This document shows positions 43,952 through 44,028 of a DNA stretch of 44,028 nucleotides, in pieces. The notes beneath the pieces were generated by a model. It saw only the letters and a program-made list of their open reading frames with translations, ran no database searches and was not told the DNA's origin. Both the position numbers and the translations under genes were made by a program. Source of the stretch: a virus (lineage: Duplodnaviria > Caudoviricetes); the IMG/VR virus record IMGVR_UViG_3300035190_000600, positions 1-44,028 of that record, one strand, 5' to 3'. Numbering within the stretch: position 1 is the stretch's first letter; each line of letters starts with the position of its first letter.

Positions 43952-44028
43952 AATCGTTTGTGTTGGCGGTCTTATCAATCCTCGGGACTATCGCAGCGTC
44001 CTCTTTCGGCGGTGCGCCAGCAGTCTTG
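43902..44028. repeat. Direct terminal repeat, copy 2
   Basis: Identical to 1-127. Confidence 0.9.

Larger units (their letters stand above)
1..44028. mobile_element. Complete tailed dsDNA bacteriophage genome (podovirus-like, circular assembly)
   Basis: TerL, portal, scaffold, capsid, adaptor, nozzle and ejection genes in canonical order; two divergent arms; identical 127-nt ends; no host housekeeping genes. Confidence 0.95.

Noticed and set aside
1-44028. tRNA, rRNA, DGR or intron elements
   Set aside because: None recognised by eye and no reverse transcriptase seen; tRNAscan and Infernal were not run

Overview
This is a complete circularly assembled phage genome of about 43.9 kb; the first 127 nt repeat exactly at 43902-44028, which looks like an assembler overlap. 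The architecture is podovirus-like (P22-type portal, nozzle and ejection proteins; no tape measure, sheath, integrase or DNA polymerase recognised). A + strand early/middle arm runs from 40382 through the origin to 6141. It encodes a Cas4/RecB-like exonuclease, a probable annealing protein, an SSB-like protein, a replication initiator, a resolvase-like nuclease, a C5 DNA methyltransferase with an overlapping +1-frame partner ORF, and a secreted i-type-lysozyme-like protein. A - strand late arm (38558 to 6214) encodes TerS, accessory virion proteins including an esterase, TerL, portal, scaffold, capsid, adaptor, nozzle, fibres, ejection proteins and holin-like proteins. A control region at about 38.6-40.4 kb holds a lone GP88-like gene, palindromes and a G-tract. 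The most striking feature is a 3025-aa ejection-type polyvalent protein. It carries an HExxH peptidase, two ADP-ribosyltransferase-like domains and a complete second C5 methyltransferase, and these cargo domains are delimited by four D-x(1-2)-R-[FM]-S-Y junction motifs. All calls come from motif reading and gene order; no searches were run.
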